Under the pieces are notes generated by a model that was not told the origin of the DNA, made no database searches, and was given only the letters and a program-made list of their open reading frames with translations. This document shows, piece by piece, positions 31,442 to 41,209 of a stretch of 64,000 nucleotides of DNA (positions are counted from its first letter, which is position 1; every line of letters starts with the position of its first letter). The stretch is from Candidatus Heimdallarchaeota archaeon (GTDB lineage: Archaea > Asgardarchaeota > Wukongarchaeia > Wukongarchaeales > JBHIFL01), in contig JBHIFL010000007.1 of the NCBI GenBank assembly GCA_046761065.1, positions 1 through 64,000 of the forward strand. The letters run 5' to 3'. Position numbers and translations under genes: made by a program.

Positions 31442-31487
31442 CTGATCAAAAAAAGAGAGGGGATATGGAGAGTATTTATGCTTTTAC

Positions 31488-33248
31488 TTAGTTTCGCTTT
31501 TTTCTGGAAGCTCTCAGTACAATAGATATACCTAAAGCTCCACCGACAACTAGGATGCAGGAAGCAAATTCAGATACGACTGTAGTGGTCACGAGGGTAG
31601 TAATTGGCATAGTAGTGACAACTGTTTCGACCCCGATAACCGTTTGCCCTATCGTTGGGGGACCGGTTGCAAGATGATAATCAATCTCTGTCGTTCCTTC
31701 CTTATAATCTACCAGTGTGCTCCCGCAATGCCTTGCTAAATTCCAGGAATGATAATCGTACGTGTCCGCGGCATCTAGCGAAATTACCTTATCGACAGTA
31801 CCTACTCTTAGTACACCATCGGTGTTGGGCCCTTTCTGAATATTTTCATAGCGTATGGTCATATCCGGACCGAGCACGACTCCAGTAACGTCCTTCTTGA
31901 AGGCTGCATTTTGGTAACCGTACCACAAGGGAATCACTTTGCACTCCTCAGCCATTATCTCCGCTGCCCTTTCATATAGGGCTTTTCGGATATTTAAATC
32001 GAGCGTTAGTCTAGCATTGTAAAGCAACGAATCTAGTTCGGGATTGAGAGGATCCGGTTTCGGGCCCCAGTTTGCCCCAGAACTGTGGTAAAATGGGTAT
32101 AGGTATGTATCGATATCCAAATAGTCTGGATACCAGCCGAGCAAGAATACTTCCATTTCAGTGGCTTTCCACTTCTGTCTATATTCTGCCCACTCGACGA
32201 ATTGTATAGTAACTTTCATCATTTTTGTTTCTTCGAGAGCAGCCTTAATTATTGCTGCAACAGATGCTTCTTCTGTGCCGTAGTGTGTAGGAGAGTACCA
32301 CAACTCAAATTCGAACGGGTTTGCTTCTGAATAACCTTCAGCAGCTAGTAATTCTCTTGCTTTAGCTAAATCTCTCGTGGGGAATTTTGAGGTAAATTCA
32401 TGGCCCCACATGCCAGGCGCTACCATGGTATAGGCCGGAGTCGTCATACCACTCCACGCTCCCTCGATGATTGCTGCTCTATCCACGGCATAGGCGATAG
32501 CTTGTCTGATGTTCTGGTTGATCCTCGGATACAGGGTTTCATTGGGCAACACAAGGTAACGGACTTGGCTGCTGGGAGGTAGGATGACATCAATATCATC
32601 CGCTTCATTCGCCATCAACTCTGTTATCTTGGTGGCAGTAAGGTGTCTGTGGGCAAGATCAATGTCTCCCGCTTCCAGAGCGGCTGCGAGTAGGGCATTC
32701 GACGCGTAGTATGTGATAATGACTTTAGAGTTCTTCACTGGATTTGGGTAATTATAGTAATTGGGGTTTCGTTCTAATACTACTTCGACGTCCCTCGTCT
32801 CGGATGTCAGTCTGTAGGGGCCTGTGCCCCATGCTATTGCTCCATCTACTCCGTCGGCCTCTCCGGAAACCACGGATACACTATCCTTCTTGAGGACAAT
32901 AGCAATGGAATTCGTCAGTATAATTTCGAAGAATGGAAAATTGTCCTTCAGAATGAATTGGACATGATTATCATCCACTACCTCTATTGAATGGATCATA
33001 TCCGCTAAGAGGAATGCAGCATCTTGACCCATATTAATAGCTCTCTCGAAAGACCATTTCACATCGTGAGCGGTGAGTGTCGTGCCATCTTTAAACTTCG
33101 CATCTGTACGTAGTTCATACGTGAATGTCGGTACTTCTTTCTGTGCAAAGACCGGTGTAGTTGCAGCAGTTCCTAGACCCAGTACGCAAATGAGCAAAAG
33201 TAGTCCATAGAGTCTTCTTGTATTTCTCATTTTGATTTTTCTCTCCAT
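31488..33248 (-). CDS. dppA: Family 5 (Dpp/Opp) substrate-binding protein, circularly permuted, with Thr-rich linker and C-terminal TM anchor
   Basis: TFTYELR..AKFKDG..LTAHDVKWSFER directly after the signal peptide; GTGPY, RQAIAYAVDR, GWYPDY.D.D; the normally N-terminal LRVG..SLD..LV.Y..LA block is at aa 478-528. Alternative start at 33230. Confidence 0.88.
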   Translation of the reverse strand: MERKIKMRNTRRLYGLLLLICVLGLGTAATTPVFAQKEVPTFTYELRTDAKFKDGTTLTAHDVKWSFERAINMGQDAAFLLADMIHSIEVVDDNHVQFILKDNFPFFEIILTNSIAIVLKKDSVSVVSGEADGVDGAIAWGTGPYRLTSETRDVEVVLERNPNYYNYPNPVKNSKVIITYYASNALLAAALEAGDIDLAHRHLTATKITELMANEADDIDVILPPSSQVRYLVLPNETLYPRINQNIRQAIAYAVDRAAIIEGAWSGMTTPAYTMVAPGMWGHEFTSKFPTRDLAKARELLAAEGYSEANPFEFELWYSPTHYGTEEASVAAIIKAALEETKMMKVTIQFVEWAEYRQKWKATEMEVFLLGWYPDYLDIDTYLYPFYHSSGANWGPKPDPLNPELDSLLYNARLTLDLNIRKALYERAAEIMAEECKVIPLWYGYQNAAFKKDVTGVVLGPDMTIRYENIQKGPNTDGVLRVGTVDKVISLDAADTYDYHSWNLARHCGSTLVDYKEGTTEIDYHLATGPPTIGQTVIGVETVVTTMPITTLVTTTVVSEFASCILVVGGALGISIVLRASRKKRN

Positions 33249-33803
33249 TATTCTTTTTTTTTGATTTGCTTATTGGTGCAAATCAAATATTCTTTAGCTT
33301 TGAAATGACCATAAATATTTTTCCCTCTCTTGTGATTAATCCGCTGAGCTAATATACAGCCTTGTGTACTATTGCGCACCAGAAAAATTTGACAGATCAG
33401 ATGAAATCGTAGAAACCTGAAATTTGGGATTCTTCATCATTTAGTACTTGTTTGGCTATCTCAAGTTACTCGATAGAGATCTCACCAGCATATGCCGAAA
33501 ACATCTTGAAGTGTTCCGCTATCTCTGTAGTTACTTATTAGTACTATAAATCGATATCATCACAAATGAATAGATTATCATGTTTGGCACGAATCATCTA
33601 AGGCAATCGGATCTCCTCACTCCCATCTTATCCATAGTCCACTACTCTAATCTTCTTCACCGATTCATATAATTGATATCAGAAAAAGTTAGTCTGTAAG
33701 CTAGTATAACAGTAAATTAGACAACAATATAATATTTTCTTATAAATCAATTTATAAACCCACCATAGCTTCAAGTCCCATGAAGAGTAAACCAAGGTGA
33801 ATT

Positions 33804-35036
33804 TTGATGGATTTGAAAGTTGTGTTCGGAGATTGTTTAATAGATGGCACCGGAAGCGATCCGATCGAAAATGCGGTAATTGTGATTGAAAATGAAAGGA
33901 TCACAGAAGTCGGCCATAAGAACGAGGTGAGCATTCCATCAAATGCTCAAATGATTGAAGGAAAAACCGTTATGCCGGGGTTGATAGAGGCCCATGCTCA
34001 CCTGTTTGGAACTTTATCGATGAACCCACATGACTGGTTACTTGATCCAGTTGGTCTGCGGGCAATCCGAAGTACCGCGGAAGCGCGGAGACTTCTCGAT
34101 GCAGGATACACTGCTATTCGGGACCTGTGTGGCGCCACCATACTTTATCTAAAACATGCAATCAATGAGGGATCCGTTCTAGGCCCTCGAATCTTTGCGG
34201 CGGGTCGTAGTATCTGTCAGACAGCTGGTCATGGCGACGCACACGATCTTCCAATGACATGGCTTCTTGAACATGGGTGGTTTGGACTAATGGCCGATGG
34301 ACCAGACGAATGTCGTAAAGCAGCGAGGATAAACCTCCGGGACGGAGCGGACCTCCTTAAAGTCATGACGACAGGAGGGATTATGAGTGAAAAAGACCAC
34401 CCCATATGGCCACAAATGACCGTGGAAGAGGTGCGTGCGGTTGTGGAGGAAGCTGATAAGGTCAATACGATCGTTGCAAGTCATGCTCAGGCTCCTCAGG
34501 GTATCCAAATCGCCATCAAGGCGGGGGTTAAAACGATCGAACATGGGATCTTCTTGGATGACGAAACTATTGAGATGATGTTGAAAAAGGGAGTCATCTT
34601 AGTTCCCACACTTTCAATTCTAAGCCAAATTGCCTTGATCGGAGACCAGCATGGTGTACCGAAGACATCTTTACATAAAGCAAAAGAGGCGAGAGAAGTC
34701 CATTTAAAAAGTATCAAGAAAGCTGTGGCAGCGGGGGTGATCGTGGCAGCAGGAGCAGACTTTCTCGGGCCAGCGATGTGTCGGCATGGCGATAATGCCA
34801 TGGAATTAGGGTTCTTGGTCGAAGCTGGAATGTCACCCATGGAAGCGATTGTAGCAGGAACTCGAAATAGTGGCCTCGCGTTGGGACCGAGGGGACAAGA
34901 TCTAGGTACTATCGAAGAAGGCAAATTAGCTGACTTAATTGTAATCGATGGCAACCCTTTGGCAGATATCAATGTGTTGAGAGAAACCGCACGTATAAAA
35001 GTGGTCATGAAAGGCGGTGAGGTAGTGAAGCGGTAG
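33804..35036 (+). CDS. Metal-dependent amidohydrolase (Xaa-Pro dipeptidase-like)
   Basis: MPGLIEAHAH, TAGHGD, LKVMTTGG, SHA, TIEHG, GAD, GKLADLI. Confidence 0.92.
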   Translation: MMDLKVVFGDCLIDGTGSDPIENAVIVIENERITEVGHKNEVSIPSNAQMIEGKTVMPGLIEAHAHLFGTLSMNPHDWLLDPVGLRAIRSTAEARRLLDAGYTAIRDLCGATILYLKHAINEGSVLGPRIFAAGRSICQTAGHGDAHDLPMTWLLEHGWFGLMADGPDECRKAARINLRDGADLLKVMTTGGIMSEKDHPIWPQMTVEEVRAVVEEADKVNTIVASHAQAPQGIQIAIKAGVKTIEHGIFLDDETIEMMLKKGVILVPTLSILSQIALIGDQHGVPKTSLHKAKEAREVHLKSIKKAVAAGVIVAAGADFLGPAMCRHGDNAMELGFLVEAGMSPMEAIVAGTRNSGLALGPRGQDLGTIEEGKLADLIVIDGNPLADINVLRETARIKVVMKGGEVVKR

Positions 35037-35236
35037 AAACTTTGAAGCAGGTCTCCCCAGAGCGGACAGATTAAAGTGGACTTTCCCTTAAGTTTTTCAT
35101 ATCGTATATAAAGTGATAAAATTCTGGGTGCTCTTCTATAATAAAGATCTTCTTACCAACGGCTCATAACACCTTTTTTGAATGTTATGAATACATAAGA
35201 AAAGACTTCTCGCGGTCCAGAGAAATTATTTTTATA

Positions 35237-35541
35237 TCATACTTTCTCCGAAACGATATAGTTTCTCAAGATCCCGATTCATTCAATTTCCGCCTTAATT
35301 ATATCATCAGCTATATGAGAGGGATTGGAGGTTTTCGTGCGAATCCAACACCAGCAGGTGTTCCCGTCAAAATCATATCATCTTTTTCTAGGGTCATCCG
35401 CTAGGAGATCCACGAAATGAGATCAGGAATCTTAAAAAATTAGGTTTTGGTTATTTGAGGCTTGCCTTGTTTCTCCATTCACGCAGAAGGAGATTTTCAA
35501 GGAATAAGGATCATTAATATCATCCTTTCGGACTATTTGGA
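35237..35541 (-). pseudogene. Remnant of the C-terminal half of a fumarylacetoacetate hydrolase (FAH) family gene
   Basis: Manual translation: IVRKDDINDPYSLKISFCVNGETRQASNNQNLIF / KIPDLISWIS*RMTLEKDDMILTGTPAGVGFARKPP / DDIIKAEIE*IGILRNYIV. Two frameshifts, internal stops, no 5' half. Confidence 0.85.
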
Positions 35542-35691
35542 TTATTATAATAATTATCGGATATGAAAAATCAGTATATCTTATTTATGATTCTATGAGC
35601 TCTTTGGAGATTTTCAGACGCTTGTAAGATACTCAAGAATTATGTAAACGATTGAATTTGTAATCTCTTCCCGATTATGAAAGTATCGATT

Positions 35692-36699
35692 CTATGACAT
35701 TTGGAAGATATTCTTCTCTAATTGAGCAGTTTGGATTAGTGTATAACCACTTTGGCGATTGCCTACAAGAAGGTTTTCTAATTTCATTTCAGCTATTAAT
35801 TGTTCAAACTCATAAAGCTCCGGAAGCCGCCCATAGTGTTCCATAAAATAGTTATCTAACACCTTAATCAAATTACGCGGCGCCACAGGCTGATCGCGGT
35901 TGCTTAAATAATCAATAATCAGCGATTTGGAGTCAAACTTTTGCATTTCAAAATAACAGTGCTCAGCAATGCGATACAATGCTTCAGCAACTTTTTTCCC
36001 TGCAGAAGTTAGGTTAAAAGTCACGGGTTGCTTTTGACGTCTTATGAGTCCTCGTTCTCTCAAGCGTTTAAGATGTTTGTAGCAAGTTCGTGGTCGTGAT
36101 TGAGCAAGAGCGAACAAATCGGGAACCCGAATTCCTCCATTGTTTTGAATTAAATGGAAGATTTCCCGTCCAGTGGAGGGTATATCACTTAGCAAGTTTC
36201 CATTCTTTCCCTCGTCTGTTACATAATAATAAGTTCTAGGAGGTGCTTTTTGGAGAAACGGATCTATGCGTTTCTCAATTCGGGAAATCGTATGGAAGGG
36301 GACAATTTCGGTCAATTGTTCATACGTGTTCAAACCTAAGGCTAATGAAATTAAGAAAAACTCTTCATAACATTTTCCTTGATTCAATAAATTTAGATAT
36401 GTCTCGATGGGTTTGACTTCTCGTTTGATCTTTTCTCCAAGGTAGGTGATCTTAAACTTTTCTCCCTTTTTCTCAATCAACTTCCCTTTTTGAAGAGGCT
36501 TTACATAATATTCAAGTACAGTACTCCGGCTATGCTGATAACCTCTTTTTCGCAAGTTTCTTGTTATTCGTTTGATGGTAAGCCCGTCGAAGGTACAAAG
36601 GTCGTTTAGGATAGCTCGCCTTCGGGAATTCTTTATCGAAGCAAAAACAGCCCTCAGCAAATGTTTGAAGGTACTGTCTTTGATAGTCTCAGGCTTCAT
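35692..36699 (-). CDS. Tandem winged-helix (about four wHTH) putative DNA-binding protein
   Basis: Repeated wHTH signatures: RRRAILNDL..GKLIEK..FKITYLGEKI; GREIFHLI..HLKRLRERGLI..FNLTSAGKKV. Start moved to ATG 36699. Confidence 0.7.
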   Translation of the reverse strand: MKPETIKDSTFKHLLRAVFASIKNSRRRAILNDLCTFDGLTIKRITRNLRKRGYQHSRSTVLEYYVKPLQKGKLIEKKGEKFKITYLGEKIKREVKPIETYLNLLNQGKCYEEFFLISLALGLNTYEQLTEIVPFHTISRIEKRIDPFLQKAPPRTYYYVTDEGKNGNLLSDIPSTGREIFHLIQNNGGIRVPDLFALAQSRPRTCYKHLKRLRERGLIRRQKQPVTFNLTSAGKKVAEALYRIAEHCYFEMQKFDSKSLIIDYLSNRDQPVAPRNLIKVLDNYFMEHYGRLPELYEFEQLIAEMKLENLLVGNRQSGYTLIQTAQLEKNIFQMS

Positions 36700-36905
36700 A
36701 TCAAACCCTAATATAGTATTGACAGGAATCTTTAAAAGTTTATTTTTTGAACCAATTTGTTTATTTATGGTATTATTCTGAATTATAATTTTTAAAAAAA
36801 ACAAGTTTATCTACAAAAAATACAGAACCTAAAAACCCATTAAAAAAATAAATATTCTATAATCATTTTATAAATTTGTTCAGAAAATAATCGAGGAGAA
36901 AACAA

Positions 36906-37472
36906 TTGGATAATGTGGATCGAGCAATCATTTCATCACTGGTATTAAATGGTCGCACAACGCTTAAACAGTTGAGTGAAAAAATTGGCTTTACTAGCAC
37001 GGGCATCAAAAAACGATTAGCTCGATTATTCAATAAAGGGATTCTAAAAGTATCTGCACTCCTGAACCTTAACGCCCTGAAATTACACGCAGCACTCCTT
37101 TTGCTTGAACTTGAGAGCGGACTTGTATTAGACAACTACATTCAACGGTTTCGAGAATGTCCCCGAATCGTCCAAACATTCCGCCTCCTTGGAGGTTATA
37201 ATTTAGCATTAATCCTGATTGCTGAAAATTCAGATACTCTTGAAAGTATAACAGCTTATTGTCCTTTACGAGCCCAGGAGGTGGTCCGCAGGTCTGAGTT
37301 ATATCTAATAAGTGATCTACCATATTCCGCTTATTTACCAGTTCGCGAACACCTTGTTCGTGGAAAAAACGGAGAAACTCCTTGTAATTGCGATTGTGCT
37401 GGCTGCGGTCGGTATCAAAGTAACAAGTGTGTGGGATGCCCCGCATCTGAAAAATATCGTGGGACCTTATAA
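36906..37472 (+). CDS. Lrp/AsnC family transcriptional regulator with Cys-rich C-terminal tail
   Basis: MDNVDRAII..L..NGR..LSEKIG..IKKRLARL..GIL HTH; RAM domain (GGYNL); tail CNCDCAGC..CVGCP. Confidence 0.9.
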   Translation: MDNVDRAIISSLVLNGRTTLKQLSEKIGFTSTGIKKRLARLFNKGILKVSALLNLNALKLHAALLLLELESGLVLDNYIQRFRECPRIVQTFRLLGGYNLALILIAENSDTLESITAYCPLRAQEVVRRSELYLISDLPYSAYLPVREHLVRGKNGETPCNCDCAGCGRYQSNKCVGCPASEKYRGTL

Positions 37473-37575
37473 GAATAATCTATTACTTAGGGGTGAAATA
37501 GAAGAATCCCCTTTTCAAGAACCAGTAGAAAACTTTATTGATTTGGGAGATTTTTTATTCATTTTGGGGTAAACG

Positions 37576-37830
37576 ATGCAAATCTATGTGAGAAAAATAG
37601 ACTCTCAAGGACGAATATCTCTTCCCAGCGAATGGCGCAAGAAGCTATCTACCAATGAAATTCTAATTTTTTATGATGGGGAGACTTTAATCTTAAAACC
37701 AAAGCAAGACTTTGATCTGACTAAACATTTCGACTCCATTGCCGCTGATATTAATCCTGAAGATTTCGAAGACTATCACCGATTAAAAAGAGTTCTTCTT
37801 TCAAGGGAACAGGATCTTGAAATTCGTTGA
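37576..37830 (+). CDS. AbrB/MazE/SpoVT family antitoxin
   Basis: RKIDSQGRISLPSEWRKKL AbrB motif; overlaps the start of a PIN gene. Confidence 0.88.
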   Translation: MQIYVRKIDSQGRISLPSEWRKKLSTNEILIFYDGETLILKPKQDFDLTKHFDSIAADINPEDFEDYHRLKRVLLSREQDLEIR

Positions 37831-38232
37831 TGCATCAGTGTTTGTCTATGCGTATCTTAAACCCACGAAAACCCTTCCGAACAAGCTTAAGAGAATGAAA
37901 AGCAATGTAAAGGCAATTGTTGCAAGAATTAATGCTGGCGAGTCAACTGTAACAAGTGTTGCTCACTTATCGGAGGTTGCAAATATTCTAGAGGCCAGAA
38001 TTACACGTCCCAAGTGCAAAGCATAATTGAGGCACTAATACTAAAAGAATCCCTAAATGTGCTTGGCGTCACCCAAACTCAATATCAGAATGCTGTAATT
38101 ATCAGTAAAACTCATAACGTGGGAATAAATGACGCTTTGACAAAACTCTTGATGGATGCGGAAACGATTTCTGAAATTTATAGTTACGACAAACACTTTG
38201 ATACCCTTGGTGTGACTCGTATTACGGAATAG
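37817..38232 (+). pseudogene. vapC: Frameshifted VapC/PIN toxin
   Basis: FVDASVF..HLSEVAN in one frame (37817..38026) and VGINDAL..IYSYDKHFD in another (38014..38232); shift near 38005-38025. Confidence 0.82.
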
Positions 38233-38436
38233 AGGCATCAGAGTTCATAGAGGTTTCTAATACGTTTATACCAATTGAAATGGGAGCACAACACATTAAC
38301 CATGTATTTAACGTTTGTGTATCTAATTTTTTAGAACCTAACAATAACCAAGTATACTCCTCATAACAGTAGTTTTTGATTTTCCTTTTAGATCACAACA
38401 ATAAAACCAAGAGTTTTCTCAGTTGTCTTTGTTCTT

Positions 38437-39417
38437 CTATGGAGATAAGGATGCAATCACTGCCGGTTTTTGGGCGTTTTTGGCGCTCTCAATGATAGTT
38501 GCATCCCATGTGGTTAATATTTTAGACGCCATTTTCAGATATTTTTGGGTGGTTGGAGCTCGATTGAGATACTGGCATACAAAAATGTCAAGAAGGGTTG
38601 TATTATGCCCTCCAAAAACTAATCCCAGGGCATCTAGGGTATGGTAGCGGTAGCCAAACATAGAGTGGTACTTCCCATTGGGATGAATAACACAAGCCGT
38701 GTTGACACCTTCAATTATACCCACCACATCAAAGAGTGCGTTATACACTTTATTAACGTCCAGAATACTTTGATCAAGTTCTGAATCGTTGTCTCCATGA
38801 TAACGGCCTCTACTTCCTGCGTAGTGTCCAGGGATGAGGCCAAATATGTTTTTTAGGCACAAACTGAGTCGTTTTAATTTGGCGAAGCTAATTAAGATAG
38901 CCTCCTCTCTCAGGTCGTAGAGCCGTTGTGGGATATATTCGTAGAGTTCCTGTCGAACAACTGGAGGATAGCAGCCTTCAACCTTGGATCTCGTGAGGTC
39001 TGGGGAGGCAGCTCTCCCAGCACAGAGTTCCTCATCTATATTCATATATTCTGCCCGATTCTGTTTCAGACTCTCAGCGATCCCGGTCTTTACAAGAAAT
39101 TCCTTTTCTGTTTGCCTAAGCACTTCTAGGGTGAGTGATGGGAGCGCATCAGGAGTTGAATCGTTACCGATGTTAGGATCGTTCCGAGCAGAGTATGCCT
39201 CCACTACGATCTTCTTTGCCCTTGTAGGAAGACAGGATAGAAGCCAATCCAAGATTTGTGGGTCTGTGAAGTGCCCATATTCGGCATTTATCCAGTTCGG
39301 TTTGATGATAAAACATGCAGAATCGTATTTCGCTCCAAGAAAGTCTTCCAGGAATCGTTGAAACTCTTCTCGTGTGTGAATTGTATCGAAAAAGATTCCC
39401 CACTGCTTCCATTGCAT
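38437..39417 (-). CDS. Divergent DUF362-like protein
   Basis: FIIKPNW, FTDPQILDWLL, ISFAKLK..SLCLKNIFGLIP, GIIEG. Confidence 0.65.
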   Translation of the reverse strand: MQWKQWGIFFDTIHTREEFQRFLEDFLGAKYDSACFIIKPNWINAEYGHFTDPQILDWLLSCLPTRAKKIVVEAYSARNDPNIGNDSTPDALPSLTLEVLRQTEKEFLVKTGIAESLKQNRAEYMNIDEELCAGRAASPDLTRSKVEGCYPPVVRQELYEYIPQRLYDLREEAILISFAKLKRLSLCLKNIFGLIPGHYAGSRGRYHGDNDSELDQSILDVNKVYNALFDVVGIIEGVNTACVIHPNGKYHSMFGYRYHTLDALGLVFGGHNTTLLDIFVCQYLNRAPTTQKYLKMASKILTTWDATIIESAKNAQKPAVIASLSP

Positions 39418-39662
39418 TGTGACTACACCAAATCAGATCTGATCACTTAATTAGATTCAAAAAGAATTGTTTTATCTTTTTGGTATGACTAGTTAAATCA
39501 TATTTTCATAATTTTGCTAGAAACAGCATGCACTTCATGAATCCTATTCAATGGAAACACATTTGTGGCATCGGAAAGCATTTTTTATGAGATCTCATTG
39601 GGTGATTTCAACCAATGCCCAATTAAACTGTTCTTGAGCCTACATATGTGAGGCATTCTACC

Positions 39663-40589
39663 ATGTTCTTATTTGAGAAAGAACAAAAGATTGTGAAAAT
39701 AGCAGGCATCTCTTTGGGAGGCCAACCCGGAGAATACCCCACAGTCCTCATTGGAAGTCTCTTCTATCAAGGACATAAAATCGTGCAAGATTTTAAGAAA
39801 GGTATTTTCGATAAGGCCGCAACAGAAACGTTGCTCAATCAACAAGATAGCCTTTCAGCGAAGACCGGGAACCCATGTTTTGTCGACATCATCGGTGAAA
39901 CTTCCGAAGCCTTGATAACCTTCATTGATTTTGTGGCAGACACTACGGACGCCCCTTTTCTTATAGATAGCACTCGAGCTGAGATCAGGCTCCCTGCAGC
40001 ACATCATGCCGTCGAGATTGGTGTAGGGGATCGAGCTATTTACAACTCCCTCGAATATAGCTCCGGGGATGATGAACTCACGCAACTGAAAGAGATTGGT
40101 TTAAAGAATGCTATTCTACTTGCCTATAATCCAACGAATGTTCGGGAGACTGGACCGTTAGAGATAGTGAAGGGAACTTCCACTCAACAGGGCCTTCTTC
40201 AAAAGAGTCGGGAAGCCCAAATTGAGAATATTCTTGTCGATGCGGCGGTCTTGGACGTCCCAAGCATCGGCCTTTCGGCAAAAGCTATTTACCTAATAAA
40301 ATCTCAATTGGGCTTGCCTTGTGGTTGTGGTCCTTCGAATGCCATCGCCACATGGAAGAAGTTACGAACCACATTTAGTTATGATGCCTATACTGCTTGC
40401 GCGGCAGCTTCAGGGACCGTTCCTGTTACAATGGGGGGGGATTTCATCCTCTATGGTCCAATGGTCTTCGCAGAGCGGGTTTTTCCTGTTTATGCCATGA
40501 TTGATTCGATTATTGCGTATCATGCCCGCCGATTGGGTGTCCATACCAAAACAAAAGCCCACCCGCTATACATGATCTTTCGGGATTAA
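39663..40589 (+). CDS. mtrH: Tetrahydromethanopterin S-methyltransferase subunit H family
   Basis: MFLFEKEQK..GGQPGEYPTVLIGSLFY.GHKIV.D, PFLIDS, IYNS, GCGPSNA..W, GGDFILYGP, HPL. ATG at 39663. Confidence 0.95.
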   Translation: MFLFEKEQKIVKIAGISLGGQPGEYPTVLIGSLFYQGHKIVQDFKKGIFDKAATETLLNQQDSLSAKTGNPCFVDIIGETSEALITFIDFVADTTDAPFLIDSTRAEIRLPAAHHAVEIGVGDRAIYNSLEYSSGDDELTQLKEIGLKNAILLAYNPTNVRETGPLEIVKGTSTQQGLLQKSREAQIENILVDAAVLDVPSIGLSAKAIYLIKSQLGLPCGCGPSNAIATWKKLRTTFSYDAYTACAAASGTVPVTMGGDFILYGPMVFAERVFPVYAMIDSIIAYHARRLGVHTKTKAHPLYMIFRD

Positions 40590-40807
40590 TAACTCTTGTT
40601 CTTTTCGAGTGACATCGGGAATTGGTTATTGACCCATGGTAAACAGCACCAATCTCCTGTTCTTTTATTGTTAGCTTGTTGATCGGATTGCATTCAGAGG
40701 TAGAAAAACGAGAAAGCAGCTTTCTTTCGTAGAGTTACGAAAAAATCGTAAAAACGAGGAGAACTAGAATAACATCGGGACCCAGAGATTTCGTTTGGAG
40801 TATGATT

Positions 40808-41209
40808 TTACCAGAGTTCGATACGTAGTCCTGGAATTCTCCTAAAGTGCTTTTCGTTTCTCGTTACAAGTGTATATTCACTAACTATTGTGATTCCAGC
40901 TATTATTGCATCCCTTAAATCAATGGGTGTTCCTCTATGAAGGAGTTCAGAGAGGATTTCACCGGATCTTCTCGAGCTTTCTAAGGTGAAATCAAGGAGA
41001 TTATTTGAATTAAGTAAGTTTTCAGCTTCCTTAACATTCTGTGCAGTCTTTTCCGATCTAAAGGCGCCTAGGCAGATCTCAAAGGCATTCATTGGTGTGG
41101 TTGTGACTTGCACCCCGATTGAATCGTATTCCTCAGCCCTCTTGATAGCTTCTAGATGATTTCTCAAGATTGCTACTAGAAAGTCAGTGTCCAAGCAAAT
41201 TCTTTTCAT
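40808..41209 (-). CDS. vapC: VapC/PIN toxin
   Basis: ICLDTDFLV, NAFE, DLRDAIIAG, LVTRNEKHFRRIPGL. Start moved to ATG 41209 (SD GGAGG). Confidence 0.92.
   Translation of the reverse strand: MKRICLDTDFLVAILRNHLEAIKRAEEYDSIGVQVTTTPMNAFEICLGAFRSEKTAQNVKEAENLLNSNNLLDFTLESSRRSGEILSELLHRGTPIDLRDAIIAGITIVSEYTLVTRNEKHFRRIPGLRIELW

Noticed and set aside
33400-33670. Possible decayed ORF on the minus strand between dppA and the amidohydrolase
   Set aside because: Protein-like composition but many stops and no recognisable motif.
35692-36699. ESCRT-II (Vps22/25/36)-like tandem winged-helix protein
   Set aside because: No ESCRT or ubiquitin neighbours; the units look like basic ArsR/MarR-type DNA-binding wHTHs.
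39663-40589. Evidence for methanogenesis
   Set aside because: mtrH alone, without mtrA-G or mcr, is common in non-methanogens.
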